A stretch of 64,000 bases of DNA from Gnetum montanum (lineage: Eukaryota > Plantae > Gnetophyta). Below are positions 51,330 to 64,000 of the stretch, in pieces. The stretch covers positions 442,780 through 506,779 of the forward strand of contig MNCI01002379.1 of the NCBI GenBank assembly GCA_015680685.1, read 5' to 3'. The notes beneath the pieces are model-generated. The model had not been told where the DNA came from, made no database searches, and saw nothing but the letters and a program-made list of their open reading frames with translations. Both the position numbers and the translations under genes were made by a program. Positions within the stretch are counted from its first letter, which is position 1. Each line of letters starts with the position of its first letter.

Positions 51330-54300
51330 CTATCAGAAGTTGAGGAAATGCTTATAGCAAGAATTAACCATATTTTACAAGTTACGCATATTACAATATA
51401 AAGGGCATACCATTAGCTTTATGCAAGATGTATATGAAATTGCAACTAGGCTTCCTTTGAGGATTCCTAAGATTCCAATGTTAATACTAAGAAGACTTAA
51501 TCAAATTGGAACAACCTATAACTTTGTCATAAATAAAAGGTGTGTGTATGTTGCCTTATTATACAAGAAACAAAATGATCCAATGAAACAAAGGAAAATG
51601 ATATAGAAATAAAGGAGCATGCTTTGGATGATGTTAGTGATATAGGAGGTGTTAATATCTTTGAAAGGATTCATTACCTGACATTATCTAAGCAGGATGG
51701 CTAAATGAGATTATAGTTTGATGGTCCTTTGGTTGATTTAAAGGAGGAAAATATTATTAGACACACATCATCTATACCATCATGCTCAATTATTTTGGGT
51801 AAAGAACTTGATTTGGTAAGAGCTTGGTTAGAAAATCCAAATGTTAAAAGTTCAGATTATGCATAATGGCCAACACTTTTAGAGTTACCCATCAATGAGT
51901 TCAACATAATTAGAGTGCTTCCAATGTCATTTCCAATGTTGTTTTCATGTGGAAAATGTGACTTTTTTATAAAAAGATCCAAATATGTCATGTTACATGA
52001 ATATGTTAGACATCTAATTCAATATAAGAATGGAAAATTTGGACTTCATAAAATATTCAAGTATCACATATAAATTTCATTCACATTACTATATAGTATT
52101 AATGTTTTTAAAATTCTATGAACTAACTACGTATTAATTTTATTTTTAGGTATCACATTTATAGCATGATAACGAGACATTGTGCATTGAAAACAACATT
52201 AGTATTCTTCAAAAAAAAAAAAAAAGTATTACCAAAGTAGTATTAACAATCTAAGAAATACGTGAAGGACTAGAAAATACACCATTAGATAATTTTGTTG
52301 ATAATTTGATGAGATTTGGAACAACAATACGAGGAACACCTTCCTATTAAAGAAAATGCAAAGCGTAATTGTTTGATTTGATAAATGAGTTGGGTGCACC
52401 AACTATTTTTTTTTATATTTTGAGTACAACAAATCTTGTTACTGAAAAATGTTTCTGCAATAAAGAAATGAAACGTAAGATTTATTACTTTTATTATGTA
52501 AAAAAGTGAAACATTTTTTACTTGGAGACTTATTACTTTTATGTAAAAAAGTAATAAGATTTATTACTTGGATAACTACCTACATAATGTTGTGAAATAT
52601 GTTATGTTTAGCTCAAAAAATAGAGAGGTGCTAGTTTGCAAGACTCAACAACAACTAGTTGTTGTCAAAACATATCCTAGATTTAGAGTACCTGTGAGAG
52701 TAGAAGAGGAAAAATGGATAGATTATTGTTCAGCATAGTTGCTACTACACTATTCGTTTAGAGATATGGGACATGATCTGGGAAGAAATGATAAAAAAAT
52801 TGAACTAAAATGGATTTTTATTCAACACATGTATGAATTAGAAGAGGAGACATTCGATGAAGATTTTGAACATGCTTGTGAGGAAGAGAGGTAGCATAGA
52901 GATATTATTCCAAAAATATAGGATGATATTCAATATGATTTTGAAATACTGAATCGACATCTACTTGCATCATCTCATTTTCAACAAAGTAAACTTGAAA
53001 TTCTTGGATTAAGGGATTGAGATAGAAAACATGAATGATCAACTAGTTATCTTGGAGAAGATGTTGCAAAGATTACTACATCTTTTGTTCATAGTCATCT
53101 ATCACATGGGATAATAACATCTTCAAGAAATCACTACAATGAGGTAGACTTATCTTTCCTAGGAGTTCAATAGAAGAAATGCCACAAAATTATCACTAGC
53201 CATCTTTATATGCAATGATTCAAAATCGATGAAGTTGATTTGTTATTGATGAGTATTCAAGGTACAACAGGCACATGAAAATCATATCTCATTGATACTA
53301 TTAATAAAGAATGTACTCAAACTTTCCCATTGGGAAAAAATAGCTTATTGATGCTCATCCTTACTAGTGTTGTAGCATATAAGATTAATGCAACTACAAT
53401 ACATTCTACGTTAGAGATTGGAATTAGAGAGTAAAAACCACCAGCTGCATCATCTTTGGCATTGTTACAAAACAAATATAAATACATAAAGTATATTTTT
53501 ATAGATAAAATGAGTTTTATAGGTGGAAAATTACTTAGAAACATTGATAGAAGGCTTTAGAAAATATTTCTAGAAAACCAATTAGATAATTTTGGTGGTA
53601 GATCAATGTACTCATTGGAGATCTTGCACAAATTCCACCTGTGAAAGATGTTATACTATACATATCATCTCAGATCCATGTGAAGCATTTGTGATTAGCA
53701 TTCAATACATTTGTAACCTTGGATGCTGTGTATAGGCAAAGGGGTGATGATCCACAGCAACAAAGGTTTATAGAAGTTTTGATGAATATATGAGAAGGAA
53801 AGATTAATGATGATGATTTTGAATTTTAAAGCTTGAGAATGGATCTTTCATTGACATCAGATGGGTGAGATGGATTTGAGGATTTTGTGCATTTGCTTGA
53901 TACAAAGAATAAGGTGAATATGTATAATGAAAAGGTATTGCTAAAATTGCAGAAGCCAGTTGCATGGTGCATAGTAGATAAAAACACAAATGGTGTCAAA
54001 TTTTGGGATGATGGAGAAAGAGAATTAGATTGAGTAGTGTTCATTTGTAAAGTTGTAAGGTTATGCTTGTTGTTAATTTATGGCTAGAATCAAGATTGGT
54101 TAATGGTGTGTTGGAAGTCATTAGGAAAATAATTCATAGTTTGCATTGTAAATCTCCATAGTTGTCCTCATATGTGATTATTGAGTTTGACTCTTACATT
54201 GGAATATTGTATCATCATGAATATCCTCAACAAGTATCCATTCCACCAATCATATGTGGAGGATTTTGCCAACTAGCATTGAGCTTAGCATGGGCTTTAA

Positions 54301-54852
54301 CTATACATAAGTCACAGGGAATGACCTTGCAGAAAGCATGTATAGATGTAGGCAGTAAAGAAATAGTAGGTCTTATGTTTATGGCACTATCTCAAGTAAA
54401 GAGTATTGACAGTTTGAAGATATTTTCTCCAATTTCCAAAGAAAGATACATCAAGATATCCAAGGCTTTTCACCTTCAAAGTAGATTGGATGAAGGTAGT
54501 GCATTAAATCTAATGAAGAATGACTTTACAATTTTTTTATGCTTTATTTTTACTATTATGGATGTCAAAACATTTGCTATTATGCATTTTTTCAATTATG
54601 CAAGTTTGAACATTGATCATTCTTGATGTATTATAACATGTTCTTAATCATTGAATAATGGATTCTATGGTCTTACAAGTTACTTTCTTTTGACTTACAC
54701 TTTCATGAACAATTTATAACATTAGAAAAATAATCTATAACTTAACAACTACCTTCCAAAAATTGGATTCAAATGATGTATAACTATATATAGAATCTTT
54801 TTAATTTCTTATGTTTAAATGATTACTTAAAGTGACGATTGGTGATCACTAG
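51330..54852 (+). mobile_element. Decayed Helitron-type element (Rep N-terminal part plus PIF1 helicase)
   Basis: PINEF..MSFPMLFSCGKCD and IRGTPSY*..LINELGAPTIFF. Walker A IQGTTGT*KSYLI. Further motifs TTIHSTL, YIFIDKMSFIG, FGG..LIGDLAQIPPV and AWALTIHKSQGMTL. Ends gtgatcaCTAG. Confidence 0.85.
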
Positions 54853-55120
54853 CTTAGTTATATATTTATAATATATACCTATAATTTGGCTAAGAAAATC
54901 TTATGTATTAACAAATAATAAGTTATTTGAGTCAAATATTTCATGAAAAATTTGTTATAAAAATCTTTTTCTTTGTTTAGAAGTCATGAAAATTATAATA
55001 CTTAAATCTTGTTCTTCGTCCAGAAGTCATGAAATATTTGAATTAAATAACTTATTACTTGTTAAAAAATAAGATTCTCTTAGCCAAATTATAGGTATAT
55101 ATTATAAATATATAACTAAG
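54853..55120. mobile_element. Fold-back MITE with ~95-bp inverted arms
   Basis: cttagttatatatttataatatatacctataatttggctaaga...tcttagccaaattataggtatatattataaatatataactaag, flanked by CTAG (or TA) on both sides. Confidence 0.8.
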
Positions 55121-55135
55121 CTAGTACTAAACAGT

Positions 55136-55265
55136 AAGGTGTTAGCATCGTAAGACTTTTGATTTAGAAGCTCTAAATTATGGGTTTGATTCTAGTGGAT
55201 AATGATGAGTTATAAAGTTTTAATTCTACTATATAACTTAAAGGGTAAATATTGTTTTAAAAAAG
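55136..55265 (+). mobile_element. tRNA-derived SINE copy
   Basis: aggtgttagc..gtaagactttt...ttatgggtttgatt...gagttataaagtttt...gtaaatattgtt matches the copy at 37431. Confidence 0.65.
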
Positions 55266-56893
55266 TTCAAAAAATATTGATAGTAATAAAAAAAGTAAAA
55301 GAAAAAATATTTAAGAGTATATTAAAAGCATAACACTAAGTAGAGCATATCATAGGCATAACACTAAGTAGAAAACATAAAAAATAAGATAGAAAGGAAA
55401 AAAATTTCAATTATGAGGATATTATCTTCTTTTCAAAATGAAGCATTACCAAAGCTTTTCAATTATGAGAATATTATCTTTTTTTCCATAATAAAACATT
55501 ACTATGTATTTCAATGCTTTAAAATAGGATTATAAATGAAGGAAATTTTTAATAAAGAAATTCTTTTAACTCAGTATAATTGCTTTTATTTCTATTCACC
55601 AAATAAAAAGCAATAATAATACTAAATTATGTGTATTGCGGAAGGTTTTCTTTCAGGCATCTTAGCTTAACTAATTAAAAAAAAAAATCAATGGTCATGG
55701 TATTATAATTAGCTAAAATAAGAAAAGTAATTTATCGTAGATATGCTATCATCTCCATTTGTGATAAGCTTAGTTGAAAGTTTGGCTTCAAGTGATGTTG
55801 ACAGAGAATGGGGATTTCAAAAATGTCCAACGCAAGGATCCTATTTTATCCTAGCTTGCTTTTAAAAGTGAAGCCTAGGCTATGGACATGTCAATGCAAA
55901 ACACAGGGTGGGTGGTTTATTATGGATTATGGTGTGAATGAGAATGGAATAGTATGGCATCCAAATTACAATCTCCCTAGTAAACAATAATTGTGTTTGG
56001 AGCTCTTATTGAAAATGTAGTGGTCACCTAATGTTAACAGAAATCTTGAAGGGCTTGTGTTTGGGTGTGACAACCCATCCAAAGTTATTCTAACTGAAGT
56101 GAAGGACTTGTCCATCTGCTCATAGATATGCTTACTACAAGTTGAATCCAAATTAGTGTCCATGGTAATAGAGGAGTGGAGGAGTTCTTCGATGTGTGGA
56201 AACTACAATTTGCACTGGCAAAGAGTGGAGTTGCAACACCCTACATGTGCATGTCACTAATGATAATTTCTTAGAATTAGGTTTGGGTTGAAACGAAAAA
56301 GAGCAATTGTAAGCCTTCTTGCCTAGGTGATTATGGTGCCCTTAGAGATTCAGACAAATGTTAGGGCAACATAGTCGAATAAGGTCTTTATCAACTTTCT
56401 ACCTTTGAAATTTTAGCTTAAATTTAGTTTGAGTAATTACAAGTGAGATCACACGTTGCAATTGAGTTATGATCTCTAATCATAGGTTGTGGTAATTGAC
56501 CCTCATGGTCAAGTCATGGAAAGTTCCTAGTATTTTACCATTAGTCATGGTCATACAAAAATAAAAAAATTATAATTATATAAATCATGAGTTGATCATT
56601 GGTCATAGTTAGGTCTTGGTGGCCATTCTAAAATTTCTTTTATTTCCTTGTACTTTAAATTATGGACCATGGATCATGGTAACTTGAAAAATAGACCACT
56701 AGTTATGGTCCATACAAATGTTGAAAAGGGGCTCACCATGACTCATGGTAAGGTCATGGAATTGCAAATGATGAGCAGTTTTTTTTATTAGAAATGATAT
56801 CATACCTACAATATCATAATAATTATATCTTATGCCTACCTACAATTTCATTGATAAAATATATCTAGATTTGGTCATGCTTATAAAAACTAG

Positions 56894-59800
56894 TGATGAG
56901 CAGTAAGCAACCCCAACACTCCACCATATAAGTCACAAGTGTTTACAAGTGACCATATCGTAATTTGTGGATGAGGCAATGTAAGTATGCTAAGGGTTGA
57001 TGTTAAGTTTGTGATCGTTGTTCTCTCACTTTGAGCTAGTGAAGTCTTGGTGTATGGTTTAACTCATAGTGAGGCATATGATATGTGATGTTGTAAGGCT
57101 CATTATACTTCTAAACACAAAAATAATGAAAGTAGAAATAAGTTATATATTTAAGTAATGATAGAAATATAGATCTATCCTATCCTAAGGTGATAGGTAT
57201 CTATTCCTAGTTTTGGACTCATGTAGTTATCATTAACATTACCAATTGGAATTACTACTAAATGGATCAAGAAATACCACTATTGGGTTATTGGATAACT
57301 ACACTTAGCACTCAAAAACCATAGTATCCATTCTGCTTACTAATAACATGTAAAGGAAGGTGCTTGAAAATGTAAAGTGTTAACTAAAGAAAAGCAAGAA
57401 ATTATTGTAATAAAAAAAATTATTCTAAGTAAAACATAAAGAAGAGTAAGGAATGCTACAATGATGAGAAATAGCTTCAATATTTATTGTTGCACATAAA
57501 TTGTGTGTCCAAGTATAATTTACTTGAATAAAGATTCTAGTCTATGAAATGAAATTATAAGAATCTTAGTGTTCAATGAAAAGTTGTTGTTTGTGCATCC
57601 AAGTGTTGCTATTTATAGGGTTGCATAGATCCCAAGATGTTGCATCAACCATGACATAGGATGGACAATGATATCATAGATATGATATCACATTGGCAGA
57701 AAAATGAATTTTATCATAAGCCCATGACTAACTGGAAACTTGTCCTTGAGTTAAAAAAAAATGAGGATAGAGTTCTTTACAAAATTGAGAGGTAGATTCA
57801 AACATGACATGGCTATTTACATGACTCTAAATGCTACATTGGTACTTTTACAAAATGACATAGTTGACAATTTACAAACAAAATAAATAAAAAACATTGA
57901 AGTAGCTTGATGTAGTTCTAAGTCCTAGGTAGTGGAGGCTCTTCCATCAGCTTCTTCCATTTTTCATCAAGCTTTTGATACTAGTATCTATTGAGAAGTG
58001 CTTGAAAAATGGGTTTTATCATACCCTCAGGATTGATTGGAAACTTGTTCTTGAGTTAAATTAAAAGGAGGATAGAGTCTATTACAAAATTGGTAGGTAT
58101 ATTCAAACATGACATGACTATTTACATGGCTCTAAATGCCACATTGATGTTTTTACAAAATGAAATAGTTGACAATTGATAAACAAAATAAAAAAAAAGT
58201 TGAAGCAACTTTATGTAGTTCTAAATCCTAGGTGGTAAAGGCTCTTTTATTGACTTCTTCTCTTTATCATTAGGCTTCTGAAATTAGTATCTATTGAGGA
58301 GCACTTGAAGTTTCTCTTCCTTCATTCTTGGATCATGTACCATCCATGTTGATTATGAAATGTTTAATGAAGCTAGTACCTTTCATGGACATGGTAGTTG
58401 TGGGAACATTTGGTTTGCTTTGATGTACCATGCTGCAAACTACTCTCTCCTTCAAATGCTCTGGCCATATTTCGTAGTTCCGGTAATCAAAAATTCAATG
58501 TGTTAGATTCATCACAATGTCCTTTTATCTATGGTAGCTAGCCTTTACAATTTTGAACTTAGAGTTTGCCACATGTAACTTTTGCAAGGTGTCTTTCCTA
58601 TTTGCAAACTAGTTTTCCCACATGGCATATACGATTGCTACTTGTTGCTCAAGTTCATTCCTAGGTCATCTTGCTATCAAGTTAACATATTGAAGATCTA
58701 CTAACCCCATGTATTCTATGGAGTCTTCAATCTAAAATTCTTTGTTTATTATCTTAGCTTGGTAAACATGGGCTAAAATATCCAAGATGTACTGCTAATC
58801 TAGAGTCTGAGCAATGATGGAAATGATTTTTTCCTTTGACATTTGGATTTCTTTCTCATTTATTTGCTTGTACATCCCCACTTGGTCCCTGAAGTGCTTA
58901 TTGATCTTTTCATGCCTCTTGACCTCATTTTGCCATGTGCTTATCTCAATAGATGATTTGTGTTTGATAGTGCATAGTTTCTCCATTGATAGTGTATTGT
59001 TCTCATAGGCCAATTTGCTCATATCCTGGTTGACATGAATGAGTTTTTCTCTTAGTTGATGAATGCTTTCCTTGAGAATGTTCTTTTGATTTTCAACATC
59101 TATTAACCTTGTATTATCTTTAGCAAGTTTTCTATTTTCTTCCTCCAAGGAAATGAGAGCTTTGTCATGTGTGTATGTCTAAGCTTCAACAACTGACACA
59201 TTCCACACCGCCTTCTCTCTTTTCACTCCACCTAGATGTTGCAGGCAATGAGCTACCTCACTTGATCAGTTTTGTATTGCTCAAGATAGTTTGGGGCTAC
59301 AAATCATGTAGGATCCTTAAGTTTTATTCTAAGAGTTGCTAGGTTATCCTAGAGTCTCTCCACTTCATTTTTAGAATGTTTTTCCCTTGTTTTAGCCATC
59401 ACCAACTTACCCTTTATGGCTATTAATTTAGACTACACTATAGTGATATCATTGGAGATATCAAATACATTTTTCATGACCTGACGTATTTGCAATAGTC
59501 TATCAAGGACATCTTCATGTTTAGTAGGAGCCATTGAGGTACTAGATAGCATTTGGAAATCTCTATTTTATGAAATATCAACTGTTGGTACAACAGGAAC
59601 ATTAAAGGATTCCTTGATGTGATTAGTTATTACTTCAGTTACTCCTGTTGTATCCTAGTGCTACATAACCACAACTATTGAACCTTCACCAATTTCTAGC
59701 ATACTTGGAGTGATGCAACATTTCCTAATATTTATTATTTCTAATCTTTCTCTTCTACTTTTTACAATGAGACTTGCCCACTAGTAGGTCTTGCTAAAAC

Positions 59801-62580
59801 TATGGACCTCACTGAGCTTTCTCTAAATCTATAGAGATTAGATTCTTCTCTTGCTCCTTAGCTAATTACATTTGTGATCTAACGTACATGGCTCATCAAT
59901 GTTCTATATTCTTATAGTGATGGTGGTAGTTGCTATTTAGGTCTATCACATGTAGGTGGTTGATTACTAGGTCCTACATATTGTTGTTGACTAGCACTTG
60001 GAGTGTAACTAGTTGGTGTATAACTTAAAGTACCCTCATTACCTGCTAGCTTCTCTAGCTAATCTTTCTTCAGTGACACTGGCTTTAACATTTTCACATA
60101 GGAGGTGTTCTAGGCTTTTCGTCAAATATCATTAGTATAACAAAGAATCCTAGCTTACTTGCAAAGATTCCTTATTAGCCAAGGGAATGTTAGTGTTGGC
60201 TTCCTTGCCTTCTTCTCCTCAAATCATCTCTAAATCTGTAGGAAGATTAGATGTGTGATATTAGCATTGAATTTTCCCATTAGTATCACAATCCCTTGGG
60301 CTACATATGTGAAAATTTTGTTGAGCCTCTCAGCTGGGAACAAGTGGTAAGTCCCAATCTTGAAATAAATTTTCTCTTCTATTATGAGTTCACTATAATA
60401 TTTTTCTTCTTTGCTGTAGGCCCTTTATAGCCATAATTTCTTAGCATGTGTGTTTGAGCTTGTGGAAATTTGTGCAACATTGGCTCATTCATTTGGAATG
60501 TTCAAGGCCTTAGCAAATGTCTTAACTATGGTACTCATCTATTTTATTGTGGCATCATCTTGTTTATTTTGCAAAAGTTGATAAAATTATCCTAAGTACC
60601 ATTCAATGTTACTAGATAGTGTTGGCCATAAGGGAGATACATGGAGTTATGTTCTAATAACTTTTTCGAGCAAAAAACATAAATGGGCTAAAGTTCAATT
60701 CCATGATGACCATGGACATGATGGGCTTTTCCTAGATGGCCTGTAGACAATTCATAGATAGCATGAGTTTATTATTGAATGCTAAATGATTGAGCCTCCG
60801 ACTTAGCATTTTTAGCTTGTAGACTTTGTTCTCCTACTTGGTCTCTTCCATGGCCTCTCAATCTTTTGCTACTTGGCTGTAAATGTCCTTTAGCTATTGG
60901 TCTCTATGGGGCTATTTGCAATCATCAAGAATTTAAGGTTACCAAAGTGTTTAAATTGGTTTTTAACAGTTCATAATGCTTCTTGTACTCTTGGTTGACC
61001 AAGTTCTTATCCTTCTCTATTAGTTATGATCTTTATCATGATTGTAGAGTTAGAAAAATTTCAAAAAGAAACCCGTAAGTGTTATATCTCTAATTATTAT
61101 GACCTTCCTTAGTTATTGTTTCCTCATTTATTGTACCCTTAGTTGGTTGGTATGATTACTTAGGAGAACTAATTAAGTTCCTTAGCTTAAATTTGATTAT
61201 TTAATTATAATATTCTTAATTGTATCTTTACAATTACCCTTATATTATCTTCTGGGAATTAGGAAATTGTGGCTCACTTTTTCCTAGTTATGCATACCCC
61301 TAAGTGTTATATCTCTAATTACTATGACCTTCCACAGTTATTGTTTCCTTATTTATTATACCCTTAAATGGTTGGTATGATTAGTTAGGATAACTAATTA
61401 AGTTCCTTGGCTCAAATTTGATTAGTTAGTTATAATATTCTTAATTGTATCCTTATACCTACCCTTATATTATCTTCCAAGCATTAGGAAATTTTAACTC
61501 ACTTTTTTTCTAGTTATGCACAATTGATTCCCCCACGACTATGTTGAGAACTTTGAGATTGATAGGATTTAATAATTTTTCAAATTGGAGTTGTAGTGAG
61601 GAAGTTATGGCATTGAGAAGTTTGGTTACTAGAGCTCAGAAAAATTGCAAAAACTCCTCTTGCTATGAGATGGTAGAAAGACAAATTTTCTAACTTCTAC
61701 ATGTATATATACTAGTTTTATGGGCATGACATTGTAGATACGACATTTTAGGTCATATGATGTCATAGTTATGATGCTACCCTTGAAAATTTTCAAATTT
61801 TTAATGGAAAAAGTGAGTCAATTAGATAATATGGAAGATATGAAGGTTTTCTAAAGGGTCTTGAATCATAGATGATGCTTAGATTTCAAAAATTTGATGT
61901 TTAAAATTCATAAGAAAGGAATCTTGGGAAATAAAAGTTTATTGGGTATAGACAAGATGGATTAAAGATTCTTAGTACATCGATGGATTATAAAACTTTG
62001 TGGGTGTTCCTTGAATACTAAAGTGTTTGATAGGCACAAGATGACATGGAATTGCTCATCAAGTATAAGGTACAAGAGTTATACAAGTGGATACTCCCCA
62101 AAGTAGGCTTTAGCCATTAGTGCTCTTGTATAACCATGCCTAAAAATGTCCGTAGGCACTTAAGGAGTTGAATGTAAGACATACTTGTTAAGTAAAACAC
62201 ACATTAATATTCCCAGATTGGGAAAACAACATTATAGTATATAAAACCATAGAATTATGATTAAATATACCAGTGAGTTGAAATTGGATTAGAAGGTATA
62301 GTAGAAATCAGGAAATGAGGGGTCTTACCATAAGCATAATGAATCCTTGTGTGTAAGATGTGATTAAAGTAATCATTAGCCTTTTTGTCCAAGATTTAGA
62401 CCAAATCCAAACAACTGTCCAGTGACATCACACTGTATCATCCCCAGGACTAATAACCACAAGCCTAAAAATATTTTAAGAAATATTGACACTTGACAAT
62501 GTATTTTAGGGAAGGAGGTTATTAATAGCACATATTTTACCTTTTATATTTTTGAGAAGCCACCTACCTTCAGGTAATAT
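56894..62580 (-). mobile_element. Athila-like family copy B (older): 3' LTR 56894-57716, decayed large 3' ORF ~58220-60915, internal region
   Basis: tgatgag...ttatca LTR termini. Colinear with copy A 8234-13380, including the coiled-coil ORF, the stem-loop (62078-62134) and the small TM ORF. Confidence 0.8.
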
Positions 62581-62599
62581 TTTTCTAGCTTTGGTTATG

Positions 62600-64000
62600 G
62601 GCACCATGAATAAAAGAGGGAGTAGCAGCAAAAATCTAGTCTTAGAGGATGCAGATGTTGTGGTCAAGAGCATATCTCACCTCCCACAGCCCATGATAGG
62701 GTAGGGGTTAACTACCATCACCCCAAGGTAGGCCATTACTAGCCATTTCCATGTGTTTTTGGTCATTTTTCTACTGTTTTCCTAGTTTGGGAGGTGGGCA
62801 TTTTTCTATTTCTAGGGCACTGTGTTTCATAAAATTAAATTTTAGAAAAATCCCACCCTATTATTTGCTGGTTTTCATACATTTTTAGTGTTTCTTGGTC
62901 ACATAGGTTTTGATTTATGATTATTTTAAATTAAGTTTATGTTAATTTTTATGTGTTTTTTACTATTTTAGGTAAAAAAGCAACCTTAATTTCAATTTTT
63001 TATTAAGTAAAAGGCTGGGAATTATCAAATTTTAAGGTTTCAGATTTTTAATATTAGGTTTTAGGTTTCTAATGGCTATGGTTTTGTTCGATTTGGAGTT
63101 GTAATTAATTTTTAATGAATTTTTCGGTCAAGTACAACTGTGTTTTTATGCCATTCTCAATTTTTTATGGAAGTTCATGACTTTTTTTAAAAAAATGACA
63201 GAGGGTTTGCATGTTTTCTAGTTAGGGATGTGTAGGTCTTGATTTGATATTTTTAATGGATTTTGAATCACTGGATTTGAGTTTGAAATGAATTTTTAAT
63301 GAAGTTTTTACTAAGTTTGCATGGACCATGACAACTTGGTTCATGTTGAGCTTGCTACATTTTTTTTTTACAAAAATGGCTGAGAATTTTTATGTTTTCT
63401 AGGTGTATTTTATGGTTTAAGGATTTCAATGGTGGTGGAATCACTAGATTTTGAGTTTTGGTTAATTTTTAATGATTTTTCTCATATAGATGTGTGAATT
63501 GGTATTTTTAGGCTTTAGTGGTTTTACCCCTTGGAGATGGGCAATGTTGATATACTAGATGATTTTTTATGTCAATGTACCATGACCTTGGGGATACTAG
63601 GAGATGTTAGAATGGGTGTAGAGTTAGTTTCTTGAATGCTAAAAATATTTTACTATTTTTTACCTATGATTTTCCATGGCCATTTTTCTAGGTTTTAAGT
63701 GTTGCTGTATGAGTGTTTAAACTTAGGCATGGTTTGGCATGACATTTTCAAGTTTTGGTTAATAATGTAAACATTTTTATGCTCTAGTTATAGTGTTTAA
63801 AGTTTTTTAAGATTATGAGAATGTTTCATTTTTGAAATTTTGGAGAGATTTTGACCAACACCTTAGAGTTTTTATAGTGGCTAGTTTCACCACTAACTAG
63901 GATGTTTGGAAAAATCTCCTAAGAAATTCAAAGTGTTGCATAACTATCATTATAGTTGGTTGTGATTGTTGTTTTTAATTTTGCTAAATTTTTCCTAAGT
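62600..64000. repeat. Unclassified T-rich repetitive element with internal subrepeats, truncating copy B
   Basis: Homology to copy A stops near 62580. A gattt(g/t)gagtt...aatttttaatga unit recurs near 63090, 63275 and 63450. Confidence 0.4.

Noticed and set aside
1-64000. CRISPR array or prokaryotic defence system
   Set aside because: This is eukaryotic sequence with spliceosomal introns and no regularly spaced repeat-spacer array.

Overview
Land-plant nuclear DNA from a draft assembly (N gaps at 20781-21182, 29443-29931 and 38735); the species cannot be determined from the sequence. The window holds a small tandem cluster of L-type (legume) lectin receptor-like kinases on the + strand. Two genes are intact and have two coding exons each: 3794-5160 joined to 6836-7523 (684 aa) and 45000-46444 joined to 48130-48799 (704 aa). 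A frameshifted copy of gene 1 exon 2 plus its 3' flank lies at 21533-22798, and an orphan duplicate of the gene 2 upstream region lies at 39790-41030. The remainder is AT-rich, C->T-decayed, nested transposon sequence: an Athila-like Ty3/gypsy family with TGATGAG...CTCATCA LTRs, solo LTRs with target-site duplications, RTE and L1 LINEs, a hAT MITE family, a tRNA-derived SINE family and a Rep/PIF1 Helitron-type element. The most novel-looking system is the Athila-like family, which has no visible pol. Diverged copies conserve a small Lys-rich transmembrane ORF, a 57-nt stem-loop with compensatory changes, and an internal LTR-like promoter followed by an intron whose acceptor abuts the ATG of a ~920-codon coiled-coil ORF. 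All calls come from reading the sequence by eye; no searches were run.
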